This document shows, one piece after another, positions 18,050-28,190 of a DNA stretch of 64,000 bases (its first letter is position 1; each line of letters opens with the position of its first letter). The position numbers and the translations under genes were made by a program. The DNA is taken from positions 140,872 to 204,871 of the forward strand of contig JAPWUV010000008.1 in the NCBI GenBank assembly GCA_028275345.1, given 5' to 3'. The notes below the pieces were generated by a model that saw nothing but the letters and a program-made list of their open reading frames with translations, was not told the DNA's origin and did not search any database. Source of the DNA: a bacterium (GTDB lineage Bacteria; Zhuqueibacterota; Zhuqueibacteria; Oleimicrobiales; Geothermoviventaceae).

Positions 18050-19021
18050 ATGGCCCTTTTGACGACCACCGTCGGGAGTTTCCCGAAACCGGACTACTTG
18101 GTGAAAGCTCGGGCGGCTTTTTCTCGCGGACAGCTTGACATGGAGGAGCTGCGCGAAAAGGAGCAGCAAGCGACGCGGGAGTGCATCGCCCTGCAGGAAA
18201 GACTCGGTTTGGATATCCTCGTCGACGGGGAGATGTACCGCGGCGACATGGCCACGTATTTCGCAGAGCACCTGGATGGATTTCGGATCAGCGGGCTTGT
18301 GCGAAGCTACGGCAACCGTTACTACCGGAAACCGATCATCGTGGGGCCTGTTCGATGGCGTGGGCCCATCACAGTGGACTGGTTCCGCTTCGCCCAGTCG
18401 CTCACTCCAAAGCCGATGAAGGCGATCCTCACCGGGCCGTACACGATGATGGATTGGTCGTTCGACGAGCATTACGGGGACCGGAGGGACGCGGCCCTGG
18501 ACCTGGCCAGGGCGCTGCACGAAGAAGTCGTGGCGCTGTACCAGGCCGGTGCTCGCTACATCCAGATCGACGAGCCTGCCATCTCCACCCGTCCGGAGGA
18601 GATCGAACTGGCCATCGAAACGATGCAGATCATGACGGCGGGACTCGAGGGCTGTAAGACAATCACGCACATCTGCTACGGGGAGTTTGAGAAGATCTAC
18701 CCGCAAATGCTCCGACTGGCGGTGGATCAGATCGATCTGGAGATGTCGAACAGCGGCTTCGACATGCTACAGCTTTTCCGGAGCCACCCTTTCGAGAAGG
18801 AAATCGGGCTGGGTGTGATCGACGTGCACACGCACGTGATCGAGGAGGTAGATACTGTGGTGGAGCGCATCGAGATGGCGCTCGAGGTCTTCCGGCCGGA
18901 GCAGGTGTACGTGGATCCCGACTGCGGGCTCAAGACACGAACCTCGGAAGAGGCTGAGGCCAAGCTGAGAGTGATGGTGGAGGCCCGGGATCGGGTCCGC
19001 AAGAAGCTGAGCCTGGCGTAG
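18050..19021 (+). CDS. metE: Cobalamin-independent methionine synthase, catalytic (MetE C-terminal-type) domain protein
   Basis: TTTVGSFPKP, DGEMYRGDM, ILTGPYTM, IQIDEPA, Zn ligands in HICYGEF and DPDCGLKTR. ATG at 18050 with a GAGGAGG-type RBS. Confidence 0.85.
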   Translation: MALLTTTVGSFPKPDYLVKARAAFSRGQLDMEELREKEQQATRECIALQERLGLDILVDGEMYRGDMATYFAEHLDGFRISGLVRSYGNRYYRKPIIVGPVRWRGPITVDWFRFAQSLTPKPMKAILTGPYTMMDWSFDEHYGDRRDAALDLARALHEEVVALYQAGARYIQIDEPAISTRPEEIELAIETMQIMTAGLEGCKTITHICYGEFEKIYPQMLRLAVDQIDLEMSNSGFDMLQLFRSHPFEKEIGLGVIDVHTHVIEEVDTVVERIEMALEVFRPEQVYVDPDCGLKTRTSEEAEAKLRVMVEARDRVRKKLSLA

Positions 19022-19316
19022 CCTGTCGGGGGAGGTCGATCCGGATGGCGACACGCGAGGATTGGCTGCTCGCTGCTCGGGTTCGTCCGGAGGGGAGCGG
19101 TTCGCCGAGGGGAGCAAGCGTCCGCGTGTTCGGTTTTCGATTTCGGATCTGAGCCATTCGGGTTGATGCCTTCTCGGGGGGACAAGGTGGCTTCGACGCG
19201 TCCATCCGGCGGGATTCCAATAGCCTGCGAAAGGAAACTCCGGGATGCCGAGAAGCATTCAATTGTCCTGCATCAGAGAGGCGGGGAGGACGCGCGAGGA
19301 GGCTTGCACGGACGCA

Positions 19317-19544
19317 ATGACGCTCTTTCAAGCGAATTCCGGCCAGAAGTTGAGCGTGGTTGATGTGCTGGGCGGACCAGGTCTGCGGAGGCGCCTTGCC
19401 CAGCTGGGAATATTGCCGGGTACCCACCTTCAAGTGGTTAGGCATGCCGCTTTTGGAGGGCCCTTGCTCGTGGACGTGGACGGTCGCGTGATTGCCATCG
19501 GGAAGGGGATAGCGGCCAAGGTACTCGTGAGGCCGGAGGAATGA
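19317..19544 (+). CDS. feoA: Ferrous iron transport protein A
   Basis: Small SH3-like FeoA sequence (LSVVDVLGGPGLRRRLAQLGILPGTHLQVV...). Its stop overlaps the feoB start. Confidence 0.85.
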   Translation: MTLFQANSGQKLSVVDVLGGPGLRRRLAQLGILPGTHLQVVRHAAFGGPLLVDVDGRVIAIGKGIAAKVLVRPEE

Positions 19545-21457
19545 CCATCGCTCTGGCCGGCCAGCCGAACGCGGGGAAGAGCACAATCTTCAACCAGATT
19601 GCGGGGGTGCACGCCATCACTGCCAACTTTCCGGGTTCCACCGTCAAGTACACCCGGAGCCAAGTCCGCATTGGCCAGGAGACGTACACCTGCGTGGATC
19701 TCCCCGGGACGTACTCCCTCCAGGCTCTCGATCTGGCGGAAGCGGAGGCCCGGTCGTTCCTGCTCTCCGGCGAAGTGGACGTAATCGTCAACGTGGTCGA
19801 CGCGTCCCTTTTGCACCGCAGCCTGGAGTTCACCCTGGAGCTTCTCGAGCTCGGAATCCCGATGGTGGTTTGCCTCAACATGATGGACGAGGCGGCGCGG
19901 AAAGGGATGCGGATCGACACGGAGAAACTGTCGGAGCTGCTGGGGGTTCCGGTGGTCGCCGCTGTGGCCCGCACCGGGCAGGGGATCCGAGAGCTGTTCC
20001 TGGAGACGGTTCGAGTGGGCCGAATGCGGGCTCGTCCCTCGCCTCCCAAGTACGGACGGGACGTGGAGGAAGCAGTCGAGGCTATTCGTTCCAGCCTCGA
20101 GGACAAGGGCGCGACAGATCCGCTGCCGGCCAGATTCCTGGCCATCAAGTTGCTGGAAGCGGACGAGCAAATTGGGGCCCGGATCGAGGGCTTTTCCGAT
20201 GATGTGAGGCAATTGATCGCGCGGGTGCGATCGCGCCTAGAAGCCAAGACGGGCAGGCCGGCGGAAGACCAGGTCCGGATGGAGCGCCACGGTCTCGCGA
20301 CCCACATTTTCGAGCAGGTGGTGAAGGTCGCACGGCCTTTCTCGGACATTCGCCACAAGGTGGATGCCATCGTAACTCACCCTTACCTCGGGTACCTGGT
20401 CCTGGCGCTTGTGGTTTACGGGGTGTTTTGGATTGTCTTTCGGGCTGGCGGACTGGTGGAGGGATCGATCGTCGGGTGGTTCGAACGGCTTAGGGGTTGG
20501 GTCTCAGCGGCCTCAGGTCTTCCTCCTCTGATCTCCACGCTCGTCGATGGTCTCATCCAGGGCGTTTCTGGGGGACTGGGGATCGTAATTCCCTATCTCA
20601 TTCCCTTTCTCCTGGCGCTATCCTTGTTGGAGGATGTGGGCTATTTGCCGCGGGCGGCGGTTCTGATGGATGCCTTTTTCCACCGGCTCGGGCTCCACGG
20701 GAAGGCCATCATCCCGTTCGTCCTCGGATACGGATGCAATGTGCCGGCGGTCATGAGCACTCGGATCTTGGACACGGAGCGCGACCGTGTGGTTGCGGCG
20801 GTCCTCTCCACGCTGATCCCGTGCTCCGCGCGCACCGCCATTGTCTTTGGGCTGCTTGCCTTCTTTGTGGGTCCGTGGGCGGCGGTGTTCATCTACGCGT
20901 TGAACATCGTGGTCATCGCCGTGCTCGGGCGTTTGGCCAGCTTCATCTTGCCTGCCACGAGTCCTGGACTCATCCTCGAAATTCCACCTTACCGCTGGCC
21001 TTCGTGGCGCACCTTGTGGCTCAAGTCCTGGCTTCGGATCCGGGAGTTCCTGACGTTGGCTTGGCCGCTGCTGATCGCAGGTAGTCTCGTGCTCAGCCTG
21101 ATCGGCTACCTCAGGCTTCAGCCGATGCTGGACCGATTCTTCTCCCCGTTGACCGAGCTTCTTGGGCTACCGCCCGTGGTCGGCACGACGCTGGTGTTTG
21201 GGGTGTTGCGAAAGGAGCTTTCCCTCCTCATGCTGATTCAGGCCCTCGGGACGGCTCAGTTGGACACCGTACTTTCGGGGGAGCAGATGCTCACCTTCAC
21301 CGTGTTCGTCGTGTTCTACTTCCCTTGTGTGTCCACCTTCGCGGCGTTGGTGCGCGAGGTGGGAGGCCGCTGGGCTTGGCTCGCAGCGGGTCTGTCGCTT
21401 GGGCTCGCCACGGGGCTTGCAGTGGCTGTGAGGTGTCTAGCTGGGATCGTGATGTGA
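19541..21457 (+). CDS. feoB: Ferrous iron transporter B
   Basis: N-terminal G-domain (GQPNAGKSTIFN, DLPGTYS, NMMD) followed by a polytopic membrane domain. Confidence 0.95.
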   Translation: MTIALAGQPNAGKSTIFNQIAGVHAITANFPGSTVKYTRSQVRIGQETYTCVDLPGTYSLQALDLAEAEARSFLLSGEVDVIVNVVDASLLHRSLEFTLELLELGIPMVVCLNMMDEAARKGMRIDTEKLSELLGVPVVAAVARTGQGIRELFLETVRVGRMRARPSPPKYGRDVEEAVEAIRSSLEDKGATDPLPARFLAIKLLEADEQIGARIEGFSDDVRQLIARVRSRLEAKTGRPAEDQVRMERHGLATHIFEQVVKVARPFSDIRHKVDAIVTHPYLGYLVLALVVYGVFWIVFRAGGLVEGSIVGWFERLRGWVSAASGLPPLISTLVDGLIQGVSGGLGIVIPYLIPFLLALSLLEDVGYLPRAAVLMDAFFHRLGLHGKAIIPFVLGYGCNVPAVMSTRILDTERDRVVAAVLSTLIPCSARTAIVFGLLAFFVGPWAAVFIYALNIVVIAVLGRLASFILPATSPGLILEIPPYRWPSWRTLWLKSWLRIREFLTLAWPLLIAGSLVLSLIGYLRLQPMLDRFFSPLTELLGLPPVVGTTLVFGVLRKELSLLMLIQALGTAQLDTVLSGEQMLTFTVFVVFYFPCVSTFAALVREVGGRWAWLAAGLSLGLATGLAVAVRCLAGIVM

Positions 21458-21678
21458 TGCTCCATCCGTTGCCGTCGGCTGGTTCACGCGGTCCTTCGAG
21501 AATGGCCACGGCGTGCTTTGACTCTGCGTGGGGCGGGATCCCACCGGGTTTTCCCCGCTGATCTGCAAGCCGTGGGGAAGAGGAAGGCCGTCTGCGCCGA
21601 TCCAGCCGATGCCTGTAGCTGCCCCGAACGTCGGTACAGCGGGTTTTGTGTAGCCTTGCGAGCCGGGGGGAGCGCCTG

Positions 21679-21707
21679 TTGACATTATGGGCCGATTTGG
21701 GTATATT
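21679..21707 (+). promoter_or_regulatory. Sigma70-like promoter candidate for polX (TTGACA-17 nt-TATATT)
   Basis: Perfect -35 TTGACA at 21679-21684, 17-nt spacer, -10 TATATT at 21702-21707, 33 nt upstream of the polX ATG. Confidence 0.5.
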
Positions 21708-21740
21708 GGACCGTTTCCAGGCGTGCCGGGAGGGCCGTCG

Positions 21741-23465
21741 ATGAGCAAGAATCGTCTGATCGCCGACATGTTCGAGAGAATTGCGGATGTGTTGGAGTTC
21801 AAGTCTGAACTCCCGTTCAAGGTGAACGCCTATCGCAAGGCGGCCCGAGTGATCGGAGATCTCCAGGAAGACATTGAGCTGGTTTGGCGGGAGGGCCGAC
21901 TTGACTCCATCCCTGGGATCGGCAAAGGCATGCGGGAGAAGATCGAGGAATTCCTTTCCACCGGGCGGATGTCCAAGTACGAAGAGGTGATGCAGGGCGT
22001 CCCCGCCGGGCTCCTCGAGCTGTTGAAGATCCAGAATCTCGGTCCGAAGACGCTTGCGCTCGCCCACCGGGAGCTGGGCGTGAACAATCTGGACGACCTC
22101 AAGAGGGTTATCGAGGATGGCAGCCTTGCCCAGCTGCCGGGCATGGGCGCGAAGAAGGTGGAGAACATTCGGAAAGGCCTGGAGCTCTTCCAGACCGCAC
22201 AGGAACGGATCTCGCTCGGGGTCGCGCTCCCGATCGTCGAGGAAGTGATTTCCCTGATGAAGCAAAGGGCGGGGAATCAGCTCGGTCGCATCCACCCGGC
22301 GGGGTCTCTTCGGAGAATGCGCGAGACGGTGGGCGACATTGACATTCTGGCGGAGACGGATCAGGGCGCGGAGGTTGTGCGCACGTTTGTGTCCCTACCG
22401 ATCGTCGAGCGCGTGCTGGCAGCGGGCGACACCAAAGGCAGCGTAATCGTCCAGGGCGGAGTCCAAGTGGATCTGAGAGCCGTCCCCTCCGACTCGTACG
22501 GCTCTGCGCTCCAATACTTCACGGGCTCCAAGGCGCACAACGTGCATCTGCGGGACATTGCGAAGCGGCGCGGTCTGAAGATCAGCGAGTACGGGATCTT
22601 CGACGTGGCCCGCGATGAGAAGCTCGGGGGCCGGGACGAGGAGGAGATCTACCGCGTGCTGGGGATGGAATGGATTCCCCCAGAGCTGCGGGAGGACCGG
22701 GGCGAAATCGAAGCGGCGCTGGAAAAGAAGCTCCCGAGGCTTGTGGATCTGTCGGACCTAAAGGGCGATCTCCACGTCCACACCAGATACAGTGACGGCG
22801 CCGCGACCCTTGAACAGATGGCGGAAGCGGCCAAAAAGCTCGGATATGTCTACTTGGGCGTGTGCGATCACTCCCGCACCGCCAAGTATGCGCGTGGCCT
22901 GGAGATCGAGACCCTCCTCAAGCAGTTGGAAGAGATCGAGAAGCTGAATCGCGAACTGAATGGTTTCCGCTTGCTCTCGGGAACGGAGGTGGATATCCTG
23001 GCGGATGGCAGCCTGGACTTTCCGGACGAGGTGCTGGAAAAGCTGGACGTGGTAGTGGCTTCCATCCACAGCGGCTTCAAGCAAAACGTGAGCGAACGGA
23101 TGATCCGGGCGATGGAAAACCCCCACGTCGATATCATCGGGCATCCCACGGGCCGGCTCATCTCCAAGCGGGAAGGGTATGATGTGGACGTGGACAAGAT
23201 CCTGGATGCGGCCGCCAGAACTCACACGGCGCTCGAGATCAATGCCTTCTACGATCGGCTCGATCTGTCCGACCTGAATGCCCGACGGGCCGCGGAGAAG
23301 GGGATCATGCTGGCGATCAATACCGACTCGCACCACCCTGAACATCTCTGGATGATCCGTTTTGGTGTGGGGACGGCAAGAAGAGCCTGGCTTGGCCCGG
23401 AGAACGTGTTGAATTGCCTCCCGCTGGATCAGCTTCTCCAGTGGTTGAAGGTCCACAAGCAATGA
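21741..23465 (+). CDS. polX: Family X DNA polymerase with C-terminal PHP domain
   Basis: N-terminal HhH/8-kDa domain (FKVNAYRKAARVI), catalytic GDIDIL, PHP metal motif DLHVHTRYSDG and HSGF..GHPTGR. Confidence 0.9.
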   Translation: MSKNRLIADMFERIADVLEFKSELPFKVNAYRKAARVIGDLQEDIELVWREGRLDSIPGIGKGMREKIEEFLSTGRMSKYEEVMQGVPAGLLELLKIQNLGPKTLALAHRELGVNNLDDLKRVIEDGSLAQLPGMGAKKVENIRKGLELFQTAQERISLGVALPIVEEVISLMKQRAGNQLGRIHPAGSLRRMRETVGDIDILAETDQGAEVVRTFVSLPIVERVLAAGDTKGSVIVQGGVQVDLRAVPSDSYGSALQYFTGSKAHNVHLRDIAKRRGLKISEYGIFDVARDEKLGGRDEEEIYRVLGMEWIPPELREDRGEIEAALEKKLPRLVDLSDLKGDLHVHTRYSDGAATLEQMAEAAKKLGYVYLGVCDHSRTAKYARGLEIETLLKQLEEIEKLNRELNGFRLLSGTEVDILADGSLDFPDEVLEKLDVVVASIHSGFKQNVSERMIRAMENPHVDIIGHPTGRLISKREGYDVDVDKILDAAARTHTALEINAFYDRLDLSDLNARRAAEKGIMLAINTDSHHPEHLWMIRFGVGTARRAWLGPENVLNCLPLDQLLQWLKVHKQ

Positions 23466-23501
23466 TCCTGCCTCAGAGACATCTTGGAGTCGTGCCCGAG
23501 C

Positions 23502-23525
23502 AACCCTGCGCAAAACGCAGGGTTT
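23502..23525 (+). terminator. Possible terminator hairpin after polX
   Basis: AACCCTGCG-caaaa-CGCAGGGTT, a perfect 9-bp stem, followed by only a short T tract. Confidence 0.35.
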
Positions 23526-23550
23526 CGCATGTAGCGGAATCGGAGGAGCA

Positions 23551-24036
23551 ATGGATCTCGTTTTCCTTTCCGTGCTCATTGGGGTGGCAATGGCGGTCGC
23601 GATCCGCGTGAGCTGGTCACGTCCCTTGTGGGTTCGGCTCATGGCCGCCATGATCGCTGCGGAAGGGGTGGGGCTAGTGATCAGCTCCGTGAGCCGCATT
23701 AGCCCCTTCTACTTCGTCAGCCGCTACCGAATGATGGGCATTTTCGCTTTCCTGGCGTCGTTCATCGCGGTCGGCTATGCCAAACCTCTGTTCTTGCCAG
23801 GTCATTCGGGATTGTACAGCGTCCGCCTTCTGCTCGGGCTGTTGCTCGGCGGTTCAGTGTATGCGGGCTACTGGCTCTTCCTGCGGGCCTCCGGACTCCT
23901 CGAGGAATTGCCGGTGAGACCGCCGCAAATCCTCTTCGCATTTCTCGCCCTCGGTTTGCTCATCGTACTCGGCTACTCGGCAACCGCCGGGATACTTCGA
24001 ACCTACTGGCCTCCACCGGCCACGGAACAGCAGTGA
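23551..24036 (+). CDS. Hypothetical integral membrane protein (about 5 TM)
   Basis: Hydrophobic segments throughout, GGAGGAG RBS before the ATG. No recognisable family. Confidence 0.6.
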   Translation: MDLVFLSVLIGVAMAVAIRVSWSRPLWVRLMAAMIAAEGVGLVISSVSRISPFYFVSRYRMMGIFAFLASFIAVGYAKPLFLPGHSGLYSVRLLLGLLLGGSVYAGYWLFLRASGLLEELPVRPPQILFAFLALGLLIVLGYSATAGILRTYWPPPATEQQ

Positions 24037-24106
24037 GCAATCCGCCACACGGGTTGGGGCCCGCTCGACGCCGGGGGCAAGTTTCCGAAACGGACGGAGC
24101 GGTGGG

Positions 24107-25852
24107 ATGAGTTCAGTCTGGAACCGCAGAGCCAAGATCCGGCCGATTTACGGGACGCGGGGCGCCGTGTCCATCGGGCTCATTCTCGCCGCGCTTGTAC
24201 CTCCTGAGGGGGTCTGGGCCGCCTACGGGAAACCTTACCGGGCGCGGCATGGCCTGGTTGTGAGTGCGCAACGTTTGGCGAGCGAGGCCGGGCTGGAAAT
24301 CTTGCGCCAGGGCGGGAACGCGGTGGACGCCGCGGTAGCCACGGGATTTGCCCTAGCGGTGGTCTACCCTGCCGCGGGGAATCTTGGCGGCGGCGGGTTC
24401 ATGCTGATTCGCTGGCCGAATGGCCGGGCGACAACGATCGACTTTCGCGAGAAGGCTCCTTTGGCAGCGCACCGCGACATGTTCGTCGATTCCTTGGGAC
24501 ACGTTGCACAGCACCTGAGCCGCATCGGCTACCTTGCCTCCGGAGTCCCCGGGACCGTGGCGGGGCTGTGCTACGCCCTGGAGCGCTACGGGAGCATGTC
24601 GCTTCGCCAGGTGCTCAAGCCGGCGATTCGCCTCGCAAGTCGCGGCTTCGTAGTGGATTATTGGTTCGCTCTTGAGCTCGAAGCCAACAAGGAGGGGTTC
24701 CGGAGATTCCCAGCCACGGCAGCGATCTTTCTGAAAAATGGGGTTGATCCCTACGCGGAGGGGGAACGGCTCGTCCAGCAGGACCTGGCCCGGACGCTCA
24801 GTCTGATCGCCAAGGAGGGGCCGGATGCATTCTACCGCGGCGAGCTGGCCCGGCGGCTGGCGGCCGATTTTCGCCAGAACGGAGGCCTCATTACGGAGGC
24901 CGACCTGGCCTCCTATCAGCCAGTGGAACGGCCTCCGGTGATCGGCCAGTACCGTGGCCTCCGCCTCATCAGCATGGGACCCCCCAGCTCGGGCGGGACC
25001 CTCCTGGCGGAGATGCTGAACGTGCTGGAGGGCTTCGATCTCAAGGATCTGGGCCACAACTCAGGTCAGTACATCCATCTCCTGGCCGAAACGATGCGGA
25101 GGGCGTTCCGCGACCGAGCGCTCTATCTTGGCGACGCCGATTTCCTCGCCGTCCCCGTGGAAAGGCTCACCTCCAAGACCTACGCCGAGTCGCTTCGCAA
25201 CTCGATTTCTTGGTTCTCCGTGACTCGATGCGAAGAACTGGGCGGCCTGGAAGTGTCGGTGCCCGAGGCCCTGGAGACCACGCACTACTGCGTGGTCGAC
25301 GAGAAGCGAATGTCGGTCTCCGTCACGACGACTTTGAATGGCTCCTACGGGAGCTACGTGGTGGTCCCGGGCACTGGATTTCTCCTGAACAACGAGATGG
25401 ACGATTTTTCCCTGCGCCCGGGTGTACCCAATATGTTCGGCCTTGTGCAATCGGAGGCCAATGCCATCGCGCCAGGCAAGCGCATGCTCTCCAGCATGAC
25501 CCCCACCATTGTCGAACGCGACGGGAAACCCTGGTTGGTGGTGGGTTCTTCTGGAGGTCCCAGGATCATCAGCACCGTGCTGCAAGTGGTTCTGAATGTC
25601 GTCGACTTCGGAATGGATGTGCAGGCGGCGATCTCGGCCCCCCGGTGCCATCACCAGTGGCTTCCGGACGTGTTATACTACGAGCAGGAGATGCTCCCAG
25701 TCGAAGTTCGCGAGAGGCTGGTGTCGCTCGGCCATCGCCTCCAGAGAACGGAAGCCATTGGGCAGGCGCATGCCATTCTCGTGGATCCGTCGGATGGCGC
25801 GCTTTGGGGGGCTGCAGACCCCCGGGGGAGGGGAGCAGCCGCTGGCTACTGA
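24107..25852 (+). CDS. ggt: Gamma-glutamyltranspeptidase
   Basis: Signal-like N-terminus, GGGGFMLI, autoprocessing nucleophile context ETTHYCVVD, MSSMTPTI, GSSGGPRI. Confidence 0.92.
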   Translation: MSSVWNRRAKIRPIYGTRGAVSIGLILAALVPPEGVWAAYGKPYRARHGLVVSAQRLASEAGLEILRQGGNAVDAAVATGFALAVVYPAAGNLGGGGFMLIRWPNGRATTIDFREKAPLAAHRDMFVDSLGHVAQHLSRIGYLASGVPGTVAGLCYALERYGSMSLRQVLKPAIRLASRGFVVDYWFALELEANKEGFRRFPATAAIFLKNGVDPYAEGERLVQQDLARTLSLIAKEGPDAFYRGELARRLAADFRQNGGLITEADLASYQPVERPPVIGQYRGLRLISMGPPSSGGTLLAEMLNVLEGFDLKDLGHNSGQYIHLLAETMRRAFRDRALYLGDADFLAVPVERLTSKTYAESLRNSISWFSVTRCEELGGLEVSVPEALETTHYCVVDEKRMSVSVTTTLNGSYGSYVVVPGTGFLLNNEMDDFSLRPGVPNMFGLVQSEANAIAPGKRMLSSMTPTIVERDGKPWLVVGSSGGPRIISTVLQVVLNVVDFGMDVQAAISAPRCHHQWLPDVLYYEQEMLPVEVRERLVSLGHRLQRTEAIGQAHAILVDPSDGALWGAADPRGRGAAAGY

Positions 25853-25910
25853 GGGATGGGTTCGGAGGCGATGTTTCACGAGGTTCCGGCCTCCAAGATC
25901 CTGTTGAAGC

Positions 25911-26642
25911 GTGAGGCGAAAGGTGGCCGTTCCGGCTTTTCGTTTTCGAAGGCCGGCCGTGCTCCGAAGATACCTAGAGACGACGGCTTCGGCTCGATTC
26001 GCGGCGTATTCCGCGGTGTTCCTTCTTCTGCTGTACGAAGCCTGCGTCCGCGTGGGGCGAGAGGGCGGGGAGTACGCCCGCAACGCCATTGACCTCTGGT
26101 TGCGGGCCAGACTCCCGGGGCCGGCGGGTGAGACGGGGTTACTCCTTGCAGGGCTGGCCCTTCTGGCAGGATGGGCATGGCCCGAAAGGGGCAGACGCTA
26201 CCGCTTCCGGGGATGGTGGATTGCCGCGTTCACCGGGGAGTGCGCGCTTTGGGCGCTTCTCTGCGTCGGGGCAATGTGGATCCTTCGTTTCCTGGAACCG
26301 GGCGCCTTGGCCTCGAAGTTGGCGAGCAGGATTGGCTTGGCTGCGGGGGCCGGTGTGTTCGAGGAAGTCACGTTCCGGTTGGCTCTGGCGGGCGGTCTTT
26401 ACGAATTGCTGGGTCGGACAGGACTGTCGGCGCTCCCGACGGCGCTGCTTTCCGTCTGCACGTCGGCCTTCGCCTTCGCTCTCTCCCATGTATTCGGAGG
26501 CTTGGCCCAGCCTCTCAGCGGAGCGGGGCTGCTCCAGCTGAGCGTGCTGGGACTCATTCTGGGGTTTCTTTTCCTCTGGCGCGGATTGGCGGCAGCCATG
26601 TTCGTCCATGCGTTCTACGATGTCTTTGTATTGACGCTGTAG
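25911..26642 (+). CDS. CPBP-family (CAAX/Abi) intramembrane metalloprotease
   Basis: EExxxR motif ([10 protein letters not shown]), FxxxH (FALSHVF) and the C-terminal HAFYD motif in a polytopic protein. Confidence 0.8.
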   Translation: MRRKVAVPAFRFRRPAVLRRYLETTASARFAAYSAVFLLLLYEACVRVGREGGEYARNAIDLWLRARLPGPAGETGLLLAGLALLAGWAWPERGRRYRFRGWWIAAFTGECALWALLCVGAMWILRFLEPGALASKLASRIGLAAGAGVFEEVTFRLALAGGLYELLGRTGLSALPTALLSVCTSAFAFALSHVFGGLAQPLSGAGLLQLSVLGLILGFLFLWRGLAAAMFVHAFYDVFVLTL

Positions 26643-26643
26643 C

Positions 26644-27159
26644 GTGCCCATTGCGGCGGAAGCGCACGACTTGTCGGGAGATCTTTCTGTGCTGGAAGAG
26701 CGCTGCCCTTATTGCGGAGCGACCATTGAGCGCCGTCGACACCCTCTGCTGACCGTGGATATCATCATCGAGCTTGAGGGGGAGAAGCCGGGAATCGTCC
26801 TGATCGAGCGGAAGAATTATCCGTACGGATGGGCGATCCCCGGCGGCTTTGTGGATTACGGGGAAACGGTGGAGCAAGCCGCCCGGCGCGAAGCGAAAGA
26901 GGAAACCGGCCTCGAGGTCGAGCTCCGCTACTTACTCGGTGTGTATTCGGATCCGGGCCGGGACCCGCGAGGCCACTCAGTGTCCTGTGTGTTCGTCGCT
27001 TCAGCCAAAGGGACGCCCCGTGCCGACGACGACGCCAAGGCCTGCCGTGTCTTCCAGTGGGAGGAGATCCCCCCAGAACCCATGGCCTTCGACCATGCAC
27101 GGATCCTGAGAGACTACCTGGTGCGCGAGGGAAGGGCAGGTGCGAGTCCGCGTCACTAA
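26644..27159 (+). CDS. Nudix hydrolase with N-terminal CxxC element
   Basis: Nudix box [25 protein letters not shown]-terminal CPYCGA. Confidence 0.85.
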   Translation: MPIAAEAHDLSGDLSVLEERCPYCGATIERRRHPLLTVDIIIELEGEKPGIVLIERKNYPYGWAIPGGFVDYGETVEQAARREAKEETGLEVELRYLLGVYSDPGRDPRGHSVSCVFVASAKGTPRADDDAKACRVFQWEEIPPEPMAFDHARILRDYLVREGRAGASPRH

Positions 27160-28183
27160 GGTCTGGGCCGTAGCAGGGCTGCTTCTGGTCCTTGCCCTTG
27201 TAGGAGGGGCGGGCCTTTACCTGCTCTTCGGCCCAGGGCCCGAGCCGGCTTCTCCGGACGGGACGGTGGTGTTCATCCGCCGCGGACTCCCGGCCGATTC
27301 CATTGCCATCCTGTTGCGGCGAAGTGGAGTCGTGCGTTCGGCCAAGCAGTTTCTGCTGGCTTCTCGGTTGCTTGGGAAGACCGACGAGCTGAAGTGGGGT
27401 AGATACCGCTTCCCGCCGCGCGTTAGCTGCTCCCAGGCGGTGTACGCACTTGCGGAAGGCAAGGTCGAGGCCGTCAAAGTCACCATCCCGGAGGGATGGC
27501 GGAGCTGGGAAATCGCCGCGCTGCTGCGGGACAGGGTCGGTGCCGATTCGGCCCGATTCATTCATCTGGTGCACAGCGATTCCCTGCGCAAGACATTCGG
27601 GATCGAAGGCCCCTCGCTGGAAGGGTATCTGTTCCCAGACACTTACTACCTTGCCTGGGGAATGCCGGAAGAGGAGATCATCCGGACGTTGGTTCGACGA
27701 TGTCTCGCCGCTCTGGATAGCTCGATCCGCGCCCGCGCCGACTCGACGAACCTGACCCTGCATCAGCTGCTGACTTTGGCCTCCCTCGTGGAGGGGGAAG
27801 CCAAGGTGGACAGCGAGCGAGCGATGGTGGCCGCTGTCTACCTGAATCGGCTGCGGAAAGGAATGCGGTTGGAGGCTTGCCCGACGATTCAGTATCTTTT
27901 GGGAGGTCCTCCGCGGCGGCTTCTGAAGAAAGACCTGGAAATCGAGTCACCCTACAACACCTATCTCCATCCGGGTTTGCCGCCGGGCCCGGTGAACAAT
28001 CCAGGTCTCAAATCCGTTTCGGCAGTGCTCCATCCGGCGCCGGTGGACTACCTGTTCTTGGTGGCCAGAGGCGATGGGGGGCATTACTTCAGCCGCACGT
28101 TCGCCGAACATGTCCGGCAGCGGCGACAGCTGGATCGACTGCGAAGGGAAATGGGAAGGCAGAATCAGACCCGGGGCAATTGA
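27140..28183 (+). CDS. mltG: Endolytic murein transglycosylase (YceG family)
   Basis: N-terminal TM anchor, [40 protein letters not shown]. Confidence 0.9.
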   Translation: MRVRVTKVWAVAGLLLVLALVGGAGLYLLFGPGPEPASPDGTVVFIRRGLPADSIAILLRRSGVVRSAKQFLLASRLLGKTDELKWGRYRFPPRVSCSQAVYALAEGKVEAVKVTIPEGWRSWEIAALLRDRVGADSARFIHLVHSDSLRKTFGIEGPSLEGYLFPDTYYLAWGMPEEEIIRTLVRRCLAALDSSIRARADSTNLTLHQLLTLASLVEGEAKVDSERAMVAAVYLNRLRKGMRLEACPTIQYLLGGPPRRLLKKDLEIESPYNTYLHPGLPPGPVNNPGLKSVSAVLHPAPVDYLFLVARGDGGHYFSRTFAEHVRQRRQLDRLRREMGRQNQTRGN

Positions 28184-28190
28184 GGTTCAT

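Noticed and set aside
28074-28190. ATG at 28074 as the uvrD/pcrA start (110-nt overlap with mltG)
   Set aside because: The upstream extension lies inside the conserved MltG C-terminus in another frame and adds no helicase-like sequence. GTG at 28191 follows the mltG stop directly. The start is still uncertain.
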